From: an uncultured Thermoleophilaceae bacterium
GTDB lineage: Bacteria > Actinomycetota > Thermoleophilia > Solirubrobacterales > Thermoleophilaceae
Direction of reading: 5' to 3'
DNA: 64,000 nt
NCBI GenBank assembly: GCA_963813495.1
Contig: CAWEZC010000004.1
Coordinates: 80,483-144,482, forward strand
This document shows positions 27,649-36,050 of the stretch, one piece after another (position 1 is the stretch's first letter; each line of letters begins with the position of its first letter). The notes beneath the pieces were generated by a model that was not told the origin of the DNA, ran no database searches, and saw nothing but the letters and a program-made list of their open reading frames with translations. Position numbers and translations under genes: made by a program.

Positions 27649-28602
27649 CTACGGGGTGCTGCCCTCGTCCTGATCCCGGGCCGGGCTCTCGGTGCGGTTC
27701 TCGTCGCCGTCGTCGACCTGGTCGAGCGAGAGGATGTCGCTCTGGCGGCGGACCTCACAGTTACCGGCTACCTGGTCGAACTGGTCGACCAGAACGAGAT
27801 CGCGCCCCGGCCCGCAGTTGACCACGTCGACCTCGCCGTCACGTACGTGAATGCGGTCACGACCGTCGCCGCCGTCGAGCTCGTCGCCCTCCGGATCGCC
27901 GATGACGGTCACGTCGAAGCGCGAGACCGCCCACAGGACGTCGTCGCCGTCGCCGCCGTAGGACTTGTCGCGGCCGCGGTTGGCGAACAGCTTGTCCGCG
28001 CCGCCGCCGCCGGCCTGCACGTCGTCGCCCTGGCCGCCGGACATGAAGTCGCGGCCGGCCCCTCCGCTCGAGCTGTCGTTGCCGATGCCCCCGTGCAGTC
28101 GCTCGCATCTGGACCGCCGGAACGAGAAGCCCTGGCCGCCGGCCAGCGTGTCGTCGTCGGGTCCGGCGAAGATCCGGTCACAGCCGGGACCGCCGTTGAG
28201 GTTGTCGGCGCCGGCGTTGCCGGTGACGAGATCGAAGCCAGTGCCGCCGATCACGGTGTCGTTGCCGGGATTGCCGTGCAGCTCGTCACCGCGCCGGCCG
28301 GCCTCACCGCCGCCGCCTCTGATGGTGTCGTCGCCCTCGCCGCCGCGGGCGAAGTCGCGCCCGGCACCGGTGTCGACCGAGTCGTTGCCGTCGCCGGCGA
28401 TGACGAAGTCACGACCGCCGAGCGAATTGACCGTGTCGTCGCCGCCCTTGGCCCGGACCAGGTCGCCTCTGGGCGTCCCGTTCAGGGTGTTGGGACCGTC
28501 GTCGCCGACGATGGTGGCCGCCATCGCGATTGTGGCCAGCAGCAGCGATAACGCCGTTGCCGCGAGCAGGGCCACCCAGACCCTGTTGCTACGCTGAGAC
28601 AT
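27649..28602 (-). CDS. secreted calcium-binding protein with hemolysin-type (RTX-like) GGxGxD repeats
   Basis: Signal peptide 'VWVALLAATALSLLLATIAMA', then many 'GG.G.D.' units ('GGDDTVNSLGGRDF', 'GDGNDSVDTGAGRDF', 'GGEGDDTIRGG', 'GNAGADNLNGGPGCD'). Confidence 0.85.
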   Translation of the reverse strand: MSQRSNRVWVALLAATALSLLLATIAMAATIVGDDGPNTLNGTPRGDLVRAKGGDDTVNSLGGRDFVIAGDGNDSVDTGAGRDFARGGEGDDTIRGGGGEAGRRGDELHGNPGNDTVIGGTGFDLVTGNAGADNLNGGPGCDRIFAGPDDDTLAGGQGFSFRRSRCERLHGGIGNDSSSGGAGRDFMSGGQGDDVQAGGGGADKLFANRGRDKSYGGDGDDVLWAVSRFDVTVIGDPEGDELDGGDGRDRIHVRDGEVDVVNCGPGRDLVLVDQFDQVAGNCEVRRQSDILSLDQVDDGDENRTESPARDQDEGSTP

Positions 28603-28721
28603 GGGGCACTCTCCTTGTGGTGGTGGGTGCCCCGCTAACCGTTTTGGGCCGGGGAAGTTTCGCTCGAGAGCGTGCTAGGTCAGTTGACGAGCCAGCTGCT
28701 CAGACCCTTTGGAGCGACGAA

Positions 28722-29183
28722 TCAAGAAGCGGGCGTCGACCACTTGCCGGTGATCTTGGCCTTTGGGGTCTTGCAACCCTTCGGCTTGAGTTGGTAGGTC
28801 GCCTTGAACTTCGTCTTTGAGGAAAACTTGCCTCTGAAGACCAGCGTGCCTCCAACCTCCTTCTGCGAGCTGACATCGAACCAGCTCATCGGCCCTTCGT
28901 AGGAAAAGGATCCATCGCTGGAGATCTTCACCTTCCTCTTGGCCGTCCCCTCCTGCGTGCCGCTGCAGGCGTCCGAGTTGGGCGCGCTGGCTGGGCTGTA
29001 GCCGAGCGACAGAATGGTGAACGCTGTGCGCTTCTGGTTGACCTCGATAACCGCTTCACCACCGATAGGCGGGTTCATCAGGTAGCGCCCTGGTTTGGGC
29101 TTGAGCGCCTGGGCAGTCATGGGCAGGGCCAGCAGAACAAGACAACCGGCGGCGCTCGCCGCGAGACAGGAGCGGTGGTTCAT
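28722..29183 (-). CDS. small secreted Lys-rich protein, function unknown
   Basis: ATG at 29183 within ORF 28722..29387. Signal peptide 'AASAAGCLVLLALPMTAQA'. Beta-rich and Lys-rich mature part. Lies in the lower-GC stretch. Confidence 0.55.
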   Translation of the reverse strand: MNHRSCLAASAAGCLVLLALPMTAQALKPKPGRYLMNPPIGGEAVIEVNQKRTAFTILSLGYSPASAPNSDACSGTQEGTAKRKVKISSDGSFSYEGPMSWFDVSSQKEVGGTLVFRGKFSSKTKFKATYQLKPKGCKTPKAKITGKWSTPAS

Positions 29184-29338
29184 GGGCTTCCCCTTCGTGC
29201 TCTGCCGCTGCACGTCATCGCGCCGGCGGCTTTCGATCGACCCTAGTGGCGATTGTGTGCGCGCGCGCCGATCGGCGAAGCACGCTGGGTGGAAATTCGT
29301 ACGACCCTCCCAGCGGTGACGATAAGAGTTGCCGGGCG

Positions 29339-30166
29339 TTAGTAGTAAGGTCGCGCGTCCGGAGCGGCGTTGCCGCGACCCTTGCACCCCCCGCGCCAGC
29401 TGTATGGGTTAAACGGCAACCGGACCACCACCTGCGCCTCGTTGTTGTCCTCGTTTGACTCGTAGATGCGGTTCACCGGATCCGCGATGTGCACATAGGC
29501 AAAACAGCCACGCAGACCCGCCACGTTGATCCACTGCTCCGGGTACGAGGGCGGATACACATCGGCCCAGCCGACGGACGTTCCCAGCCGGGCCCGTGCG
29601 GCTCCCGCCTGGGTGCTGCAGGCCGGGTAGACCGGGCCGGCAGGCGAGTTGGCAAGCCGCGGTGCGAGATGACCGAGATCCCGCAAGCAGTACGCGACCT
29701 TGGGTCCGGTGCGGACCTTGCGCAGCCGGCGGCCGCGCCGGTCCAGCCGCCACAACTCGAAGCGGGCCGCGTTCTGCCACTTCCACCAGCGTCTTCCTGC
29801 GTGCGCGTACTTGAACACGAGCCGCGCCCCGGTGCGACGGAAGGTCTTCCCGCCGGTTCTCTTGTAGATGTGCTGTCGGGCGCGCATGAAGCCGGGTCTG
29901 GCCCGGGTGCCGTACAGCTCCGCGGGCCCAGGACCGGCGTTGAGGATCGCGTTCCCGGCATGGAGCAAGCCCGCGTAGGCGTACAGGCCGAAGGGCTTGC
30001 GCATGACCAGGTCAGGGCAGAGGAGACGACGCGCCTTCGGGGTGATGCAGGGGTTGCCTCCGACACGCAACGGATCGGGAAGCGAGGCGCGCGGCGGCTC
30101 ACTTGGAGCGGCATTGGCAGCCGCCGGGAAGGCCGCGGCCAGAAGCAACAGGAGAGCAGGGCGCAT
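29339..30166 (-). CDS. secreted lysyl-oxidase-like (LOX catalytic fold) protein
   Basis: Signal peptide 'LLLLLAAAFPAAANA'. By eye, 'GPKVAYCLRD' and 'GWADVYPPSYPEQWINVAGL...YESNEDNNEAQVVV' align to human LOX 'GHKASFCLED' and '[20 protein letters not shown]...PESDYTNNVVRCDI' (recalled from memory). Confidence 0.6.
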   Translation of the reverse strand: MRPALLLLLAAAFPAAANAAPSEPPRASLPDPLRVGGNPCITPKARRLLCPDLVMRKPFGLYAYAGLLHAGNAILNAGPGPAELYGTRARPGFMRARQHIYKRTGGKTFRRTGARLVFKYAHAGRRWWKWQNAARFELWRLDRRGRRLRKVRTGPKVAYCLRDLGHLAPRLANSPAGPVYPACSTQAGAARARLGTSVGWADVYPPSYPEQWINVAGLRGCFAYVHIADPVNRIYESNEDNNEAQVVVRLPFNPYSWRGGCKGRGNAAPDARPYY

Positions 30167-30216
30167 GGCGGTCCACCGTAACCCCGGCCTGCTGGGCGGG
30201 CAAACCTACCGTCGCG

Positions 30217-31266
30217 TCAGTTGAAGGCCGGCATCACCCGGTCGGCCACGAGGCGCAGCTGGCCCCTGATGTCCGGTACGCCCTCGACTCCCTGGCCCGA
30301 GAAGAACTCCACGAGATGGGAGTCGGAGAGCGCGAGGATCATGTGGTTGACCCCCGCCGGCTCGATGTCGGTCTTGATCTTCTCCACACATTCCTCGGGA
30401 GTCCCGGCCACTGAGAGCTTCTCGGACAGCTCCGGCCGGAACAGCTCGATCGCCTTCGCCACGTCCCCGGCGCCCAGTGCCTCGACCACGGGCTGGACCT
30501 CCTCCGTCGTGATCCCGTGCCGTTCAAGCTGCTCGGGCGGCATCGAGGAGATGTAGAACGCCACCAGGATGCGCGCGGCCTGCTTGGCTGCCGCCGAGTC
30601 CTCTGCCACGACCGTGACCACCCAGGCGCCGATGTCGAAACCGTCCAGGTTGCGGCCCGCGCCGTCCGCCCCTTTGCGGACGTTCTCGACCACGTAGTCG
30701 TAGGCCTCGCGCGAGTACGAGAGCGCGTGGTGCAGTCCGTCGGCCAGCTCGCCGGCGGCGATGAACGAGCGCGGACCCTTCATGCCGCCCATCAGCAGCG
30801 GGAGCCGCTCCTGCACGGGGCGCGCCGCCGTGAACAGGCCCGTGTACTGGAAGAAGTCGCCCTGGAAGTCGATCTTCCCGTCGTCCAGGAAGGTGCGCAT
30901 GACGTGCATGGCCTCCTTCAGGCGCGAGAGCGGCTTCCTGTGCTCCCAGTCGATGTGGTACTGCTGCATCATCCCGAAGTTGCCGGTGGAGACGACCGCC
31001 TCCATGCGGCCGCCCGTAAGCTCGTCGAGCGTCGCAAGCTGCTGGCAGATGAGCGTCGGCTCGCGCAGGAAGACGTGGGTCACGTTCGGGCCGAAACGGA
31101 TCCGGCTCGTCTTGTCGGCCGCCGCGGCGAACAGCACCCAGAGGTCCTTGTGCCAGGTCTCGTCGACCGAGTAACAGGCGTAGTACCCGAGCTCGTCCGC
31201 GGTCTTGATCATCTCGATCGAGTCGTCCAGCGGATAGTCCGGCAGCATGCAGTAGCTGAACTTCAT
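30217..31266 (-). CDS. LLM-class (luciferase-like) F420/flavin-dependent oxidoreductase, Mer-like
   Basis: 349 aa. TIM-barrel LLM pattern ('YSVDETWHKD', 'GRMEAVVSTGN', 'PLLMGGMKGPRS', C-terminal 'GTPEECVEKI...GVNHMIL'). Confidence 0.85.
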   Translation of the reverse strand: MKFSYCMLPDYPLDDSIEMIKTADELGYYACYSVDETWHKDLWVLFAAAADKTSRIRFGPNVTHVFLREPTLICQQLATLDELTGGRMEAVVSTGNFGMMQQYHIDWEHRKPLSRLKEAMHVMRTFLDDGKIDFQGDFFQYTGLFTAARPVQERLPLLMGGMKGPRSFIAAGELADGLHHALSYSREAYDYVVENVRKGADGAGRNLDGFDIGAWVVTVVAEDSAAAKQAARILVAFYISSMPPEQLERHGITTEEVQPVVEALGAGDVAKAIELFRPELSEKLSVAGTPEECVEKIKTDIEPAGVNHMILALSDSHLVEFFSGQGVEGVPDIRGQLRLVADRVMPAFN

Positions 31267-31529
31267 CCCTCGTTCTCCTCCTCCGGCATCGTCTCCGACT
31301 CGAGACCCAGCTCGAGCACGTCGTCCGCGAAGTGGTCGTGCATCCAGTCCAGGTGGTCCCAGCGGCTGGCCACGATTCGCTTGGTGTCCCAGGCCGGCAG
31401 CTCCTGCTGAGGGAACTCGCGCATCTTCTCCGGATTGACCTCGTAAACGTGCTCGAAGCGCTCGATCACGTCGTCGTTGATGCGCCGCGGCTCGGGTGCG
31501 GCTTGCTCGCCGAGTCGGAACACGCTCAT
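31263..31529 (-). CDS. hypothetical small acidic protein
   Basis: 88 aa, overlapping both neighbours by 4 nt (31263-31266 and 31526-31529). No family recognised. Confidence 0.5.
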   Translation of the reverse strand: MSVFRLGEQAAPEPRRINDDVIERFEHVYEVNPEKMREFPQQELPAWDTKRIVASRWDHLDWMHDHFADDVLELGLESETMPEEENEG

Positions 31530-33037
31530 TCGTAGGCCTCGTCCATCATCTGCTTGCCCGGGTTCATGATGTTGTTGGGGTCGAGAGCGCTCTTGATGCG
31601 CTTGACCACCTCCCAGGAGCTGCCCATCTCCGTGGGCACGAGCTCGGCGTCGCCCTCACGGGTCGCGCCGTGGCAGGCGGTGATCGAGCCGCCGTGCCGG
31701 AGTGCCACCTCGGCGATCTCGCGCTTGCAGGCCACCCAGCCCGCCCACGTGTCGTCGTCGAGGCGCTGCTCCCAGATCCCGACGTCGATCTCGACCAGAT
31801 AGTCGGCCCAGGGTTTGTGGGCTCCGCTCGTGTAGGCGAACATCCCCCAGTCGTCGAAGATGCCGTACTGCCGGATGTAGCGCTCCACGATCGCGTGCCA
31901 CTCCTCGCGCACCTTGGGCAGCGCCGAATAGTTGAGCGCGGCGTCCTCGCAGTGCCAGGACATCGGCACCACCTGGCCCTCCTGCGTGCGCCCGTGCAGC
32001 GGGGTGGCGTAACGGTCGTGGCGCGAGGCCCAGTCGCCCTGGGAGATCTCGTCGCCCAAGTATTTGCCGCCGTCCGCGCGACCCAGCTCCATCACCCGTT
32101 GCGCGGCCGGCTCCACCTCTGGCCTCGCGCCGTACATCGCCACTGCCACCACCGCCTGCACCGAGTCGGGCTGGGGAATGTAGGCCTCGTCGTCGCGGCG
32201 CAGGTAGCGCAGCTTCCACTCGTCGAAGAGCACCACCCCGGCCAGCGTCGCCAGTCCCGACTTGGTCAGGGCACCGGTGGTGCGGTAGGCGCTCATGTAG
32301 TCCTCGAAGGCGAAGAAGGCCGAGAACTCGAGCTCCGGGCGGGGCACGAGCTCGAGCGTCGCCTCGGTGGTGATGCCGAGCGTGCCCTGGTGTCCGGTGA
32401 AGAGCTGCTTGAGCGTCAATCCGGTCGAGGACTTGCGCAGCTTGCGCCCGCCGCCCTCCGCGATCTCCACGATCTCGCCGGTCGGCAGCACCACCTCCAT
32501 CGAGATCACCAGGTCGCGCGTGTGGCCGAAGCGCGCGCCCAGCAGCGACCAGCCACCGGTGCCGATCCGCCCGCCTACGAGCGAGCAGGGGTAGGACGCC
32601 GGGTCGTCGGGATAGAAGACGCCGTGCGGGCGCAGCTCCTCGTTGAGCTTGAGCATGTTGATCCCCGGGCCCACGGTGACCGTGCGGTCGGTCAGGTCGA
32701 TCTCGTGGATCTGGTTCATCAGCTTCACGTCCACGCAGATCCCGCCGCGCAGCGGCACGGCGCCGTCGGCCAGCCCGGTGCCGCCCGCGCGCGGCACCAC
32801 CGGGATCCGCAGCCGGTTGGCCAGCTTGACGACCTCGGAGACCTCCTCCGCGGTCGTGGGCAGCACCGCCACGTCGGGCATGAACTCGGCCCAGCGGTGG
32901 ACCGGGAAGGGCGCGGGCACACGCGTGCGGTTCACGCGCGAGCTGAGACCGGGCAGCACGCGCTGCTCGTCGCCGATGATGGCGCGCAGCTCGTCGATCA
33001 CGGCATCGTCGACGGCGCTCTTGTAGGCGACGCTCAT
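31526..33037 (-). CDS. FAD-linked oxidase (GlcD / D-lactate dehydrogenase / AGPS-like)
   Basis: 503 aa from the ATG at 33037 (ATGA overlap with the upstream stop). 'VVPRAGGTGLADGAVP' FAD-binding PCMH motif and C-terminal 'LDPNNIMNPGK'. Confidence 0.9.
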   Translation of the reverse strand: MSVAYKSAVDDAVIDELRAIIGDEQRVLPGLSSRVNRTRVPAPFPVHRWAEFMPDVAVLPTTAEEVSEVVKLANRLRIPVVPRAGGTGLADGAVPLRGGICVDVKLMNQIHEIDLTDRTVTVGPGINMLKLNEELRPHGVFYPDDPASYPCSLVGGRIGTGGWSLLGARFGHTRDLVISMEVVLPTGEIVEIAEGGGRKLRKSSTGLTLKQLFTGHQGTLGITTEATLELVPRPELEFSAFFAFEDYMSAYRTTGALTKSGLATLAGVVLFDEWKLRYLRRDDEAYIPQPDSVQAVVAVAMYGARPEVEPAAQRVMELGRADGGKYLGDEISQGDWASRHDRYATPLHGRTQEGQVVPMSWHCEDAALNYSALPKVREEWHAIVERYIRQYGIFDDWGMFAYTSGAHKPWADYLVEIDVGIWEQRLDDDTWAGWVACKREIAEVALRHGGSITACHGATREGDAELVPTEMGSSWEVVKRIKSALDPNNIMNPGKQMMDEAYE

Positions 33038-34284
33038 GGCCTTGCCTCCTGCGCGGTCGCGTGCGTATGCCCGCCCACCTCGATCCCCGCGGAGCGGGCC
33101 ACCAGCTCGAACAGGTCCATCACGTCGAGCCCGTCCCCCGCCGCCTCCGACAGCGGGCGCTCCGACCAGGGACACGCGCTCACGAGCGCGTCCACCTCGA
33201 GTCGCTCGGCGCGCTCCACGCGCCGCCGGCTGATCTCGGCAGTGATCTCCGGCTTCTCGATCGGCAGACCGCCACCGCCGCCCGAGCAGTAGGACCACTG
33301 TGTCACGTGGTCCACGTCCTTGAATTCCAGACCCGGGATCGCCCGTAGCAGCTCCCGCGGGGGCTCGTGCACGCCCTTGCGCTTGTTGAGCCGGCAGGGG
33401 TCGTGGTAGGTGACGCTGCGCTCGACCGGCTCGGTAAGCGCCAGCCGCCCGTCGCGCACCAGCTCGGCGATCAGCTCGACACCGAGCACGATCTCGAAGT
33501 CGTAGTCGTCGCCGAAATACTTCGGATAGTCCTCGGTGAAGGCGATGTAGTCGTGCGGATCGGGCGCCAGGATGCGCTTGGCGCCCGCGGCGCGCCAGTC
33601 GGCCACGTTGTGGTCGGCATGCTTGCGTGCCAGCTCGACGTAGCCCATCTCCGCGGCCGGCCCGCCGCAGCACCACTGCTCGCCCATCAGGCCGAACTCG
33701 ACACCCGCCTTCTGGAGCAGCAGCGCGAACGAGCGCGAGTACGAGGTGCGGTAGAAGGCGGCCTCGCAGTCGACGAACAGGATCGTCTCGCCCCCGGTGG
33801 GGATGTCGAGGCCGTCGGCCCAGTCGCGCACGTGCTCCTGGCTCACCGGCACGTCGCCCAACACAGGCTCGTTGCCGGCCTCCGCGAGGCGCTCGTTCCA
33901 GAGCTTCCAGCCCGCACGCTCGTTGCCGGTCTCCACCATCAGCGCGCGCATCGCCTTGACCACGTCGACCGTGCGGGTGCGGTGGCGGTAGAAGTCGCCG
34001 GTGAACAGCGTGTTGGGGCAGCGCAGCTCGCACGCGCCGCACTGGGTGCAGTGGACGTAGTCGTCGGCCACGTCCTCGACGGAGACGAGGCCCTTCTCCA
34101 TCGCGACGATGTTCGCGTGGAAGGCCGTGGGCGTGTGCTGCTCGTTGCGCGTGACCTGCATCACCGGGCAGACCTCGCGGCAGAACTTGTGGCCGGAGGA
34201 GAAGCACCCGAAGGCGTTGTCTCGCCATTGCTCGACGAACTCACGCTGCAGCTCGCCGTCGCCGTTGGGTGAGTAGTCGGCCAC
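33034..34284 (-). CDS. (Fe-S)-binding protein with two CCG domains (GlcF / GlpC / HdrD-like)
   Basis: GTG at 34284 is preceded by GAAAGGAAG. 'CTQCGACELRCP' ferredoxin motif, then 'GEQWCCGG' and 'SYCSGGGGG' CCG-type motifs. Confidence 0.88.
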   Translation of the reverse strand: MADYSPNGDGELQREFVEQWRDNAFGCFSSGHKFCREVCPVMQVTRNEQHTPTAFHANIVAMEKGLVSVEDVADDYVHCTQCGACELRCPNTLFTGDFYRHRTRTVDVVKAMRALMVETGNERAGWKLWNERLAEAGNEPVLGDVPVSQEHVRDWADGLDIPTGGETILFVDCEAAFYRTSYSRSFALLLQKAGVEFGLMGEQWCCGGPAAEMGYVELARKHADHNVADWRAAGAKRILAPDPHDYIAFTEDYPKYFGDDYDFEIVLGVELIAELVRDGRLALTEPVERSVTYHDPCRLNKRKGVHEPPRELLRAIPGLEFKDVDHVTQWSYCSGGGGGLPIEKPEITAEISRRRVERAERLEVDALVSACPWSERPLSEAAGDGLDVMDLFELVARSAGIEVGGHTHATAQEARP

Positions 34285-34405
34285 GGGCTTCCTTTCGATC
34301 CGCTCGACTCTGCCGGCCGAGCTGCCCAGAAGAAGCCGGGCGAGCCCGGAGCGCGAACCTATCACGCCGGGCCGGGGCGGGGCCCGTCGAGCGAACCGCG
34401 CGCCC

Positions 34406-35998
34406 CTAAGCCCGCGCAGCCTGCTTTCGCTGCGTGCGAATCTCGGAGAGGATGCGCTCGAGCCGCGGCTCGGTGTCGCGGTCGACGAAGGTCATCGCTG
34501 CCGCCACCGCGGGATGCACCTGGGCGATCTCGGCGTGCAGGGCGTGCGCCACGGCGCGGTAGGCCGGATGGCCCTCGCGTCCGGAGCGCAGCTCGATCAG
34601 GTGCATCGCCTCGCGCGCGTTCATGTCGAGCACGTAGCGCAGGCGGAAGCCGAGGCAGAGCGCGTAGGGCGCGAGCTCGGGGCAGCCCAGCTCGACGATG
34701 CGGGCGTGCTCGGCTCGCGAGTGCTCCAGGCCCGCGTGGTACGCGTCGGCCACGCCGGCCTGTTCGAGCTCGTCGGGTACGCCGGCGCCGAGGTCGGGGC
34801 CGAGCGTCTGCCACTGCACGGTGAGCATGCGGTGACGCTGGAGGTCACGGAAGGCGCCGTAGTCGGACACCACCTCGAAGCGGTACCCGATCGCCTCCAG
34901 ACCGCGCCCGGGGCGATGACGGCGGTTGCGCCGCTCGCCCACGAGCTCCGCGAGCATCATCGCGCGCTCGTCCGGCGGCAGGTTGCGCAAGGCGGCACGC
35001 GCCTCGTCCTCCGAGCACGATGCCGACTCGAACAGCAGGGCCGCCAGCAGCTCTTCCTCGCTGCCCCGGACCGAGAGCAGCCGCACCGCGGGGCCCGGAT
35101 CTCCGCTCTCGCGGTCGCGGTCGAGTCCGAGCCGTGCGACCCAGCGGTCGGCCGCCCGGCCGCGCTCCTCGAGGTAGGCGATCCACTCGCCGCCGCGCTC
35201 GGGACGATCGACTCGAGCCACGAAGCTCGGCATGACGGCCTTGAGCTCGGTCAGAATCATCTGCGCGTAGTCGCGCGCCTCGGGCAGGGGCGAGGCGAAC
35301 AGTCGCAGCAGCAGCTGTTCGTAGGCCTGGCCCGTCGCGAAGATCCCGACGTGGGAGAGCGAGGCCGCGGGCAACAGGCCGCGCAGCAGGTCGAGCGCCT
35401 TGGCCCGGATCGAGCGCAGGTGCGCCGCCTCGGGCTCGCCCTCGGCGCGGGGGAAGCGCTCGGTCGCCCAGGCCTCCACGCGCGGGAGGACCTCCGAGTA
35501 GGTGCCGAACAGGAAGTCCATCGCCGCCTCGTACTGCGGCCCGAGGTCGGGCGAGCGCCAGTAGCGGTAGCCCAGGCCGTCGCCCATGGGAGTGTCGTAA
35601 GGCATGTAGCGCGTGGACTGCTCGAGGTAGGCGGCAAGACGCCCCCGCTGAAGCAGCTTGGTCATCACGTTCGAGACCCATTCGCAGGCCACGTGGGCGC
35701 CGCCGAGCTGGGCCACCGAATCGTCGCCGTAGCCCAGGAAAATGCGCTCGTACAGGGCGCGCGCGCGTTCGCCCTCGGCGCCGTCGAACGCCGGCGCCGC
35801 AGCGCCGGCCTCGCCGGCGAACTCATCCAGGTACATGCGCCGCAACGTGCCCGGGTAGCGCGAGTAGCGCGCGAACATGGCGCCCTTGACGGTCTCGGGC
35901 AGGTCGACCAGCCCGAACACGGGCCGGTCCAGGTTGGTGAAGTGAGGGGCGAGCACGCGCCGCTCGTCGTCGGTGAAGGTCTCCAGCGGATAATCCAT
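34406..35998 (-). CDS. thyX: flavin-dependent thymidylate synthase, long duplicated ThyX-type
   Basis: 530 aa. 'FARYSRYPGTLRR' in the N-terminal half and 'AFRDLQRHRMLT' (RHR motif) in the C-terminal half. It is about twice the length of ordinary ThyX. Confidence 0.75.
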   Translation of the reverse strand: MDYPLETFTDDERRVLAPHFTNLDRPVFGLVDLPETVKGAMFARYSRYPGTLRRMYLDEFAGEAGAAAPAFDGAEGERARALYERIFLGYGDDSVAQLGGAHVACEWVSNVMTKLLQRGRLAAYLEQSTRYMPYDTPMGDGLGYRYWRSPDLGPQYEAAMDFLFGTYSEVLPRVEAWATERFPRAEGEPEAAHLRSIRAKALDLLRGLLPAASLSHVGIFATGQAYEQLLLRLFASPLPEARDYAQMILTELKAVMPSFVARVDRPERGGEWIAYLEERGRAADRWVARLGLDRDRESGDPGPAVRLLSVRGSEEELLAALLFESASCSEDEARAALRNLPPDERAMMLAELVGERRNRRHRPGRGLEAIGYRFEVVSDYGAFRDLQRHRMLTVQWQTLGPDLGAGVPDELEQAGVADAYHAGLEHSRAEHARIVELGCPELAPYALCLGFRLRYVLDMNAREAMHLIELRSGREGHPAYRAVAHALHAEIAQVHPAVAAAMTFVDRDTEPRLERILSEIRTQRKQAARA

Positions 35999-36050
35999 CG
36001 GGCCGCGCCACGATAGCGCCGCCTGCGGCCGTCGCGCGGGCGCCGGCGGA

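Noticed and set aside
27900-28500. Apparent periodicity in the DNA of the RTX-like gene as a possible tandem DNA repeat or contingency locus.
   Set aside because: The repetition is at the protein-motif level (degenerate GGxGxD nonapeptides), with divergent codons and variable spacing. It is not a true nucleotide tandem repeat.
31526-34228. Very long N-terminal extensions in the ORF track. Examples: the 900-aa ORF 31526..34228, 660-aa 43761..45743, 752-aa 44726..46984, 775-aa 46543..48870, 677-aa 38610..40643 and 588-aa 15817..17583.
   Set aside because: The extensions run through the neighbouring upstream gene in a different frame and translate to Arg-rich nonsense. Internal starts with 4-nt stop/start overlaps or an RBS give proteins of normal family length.
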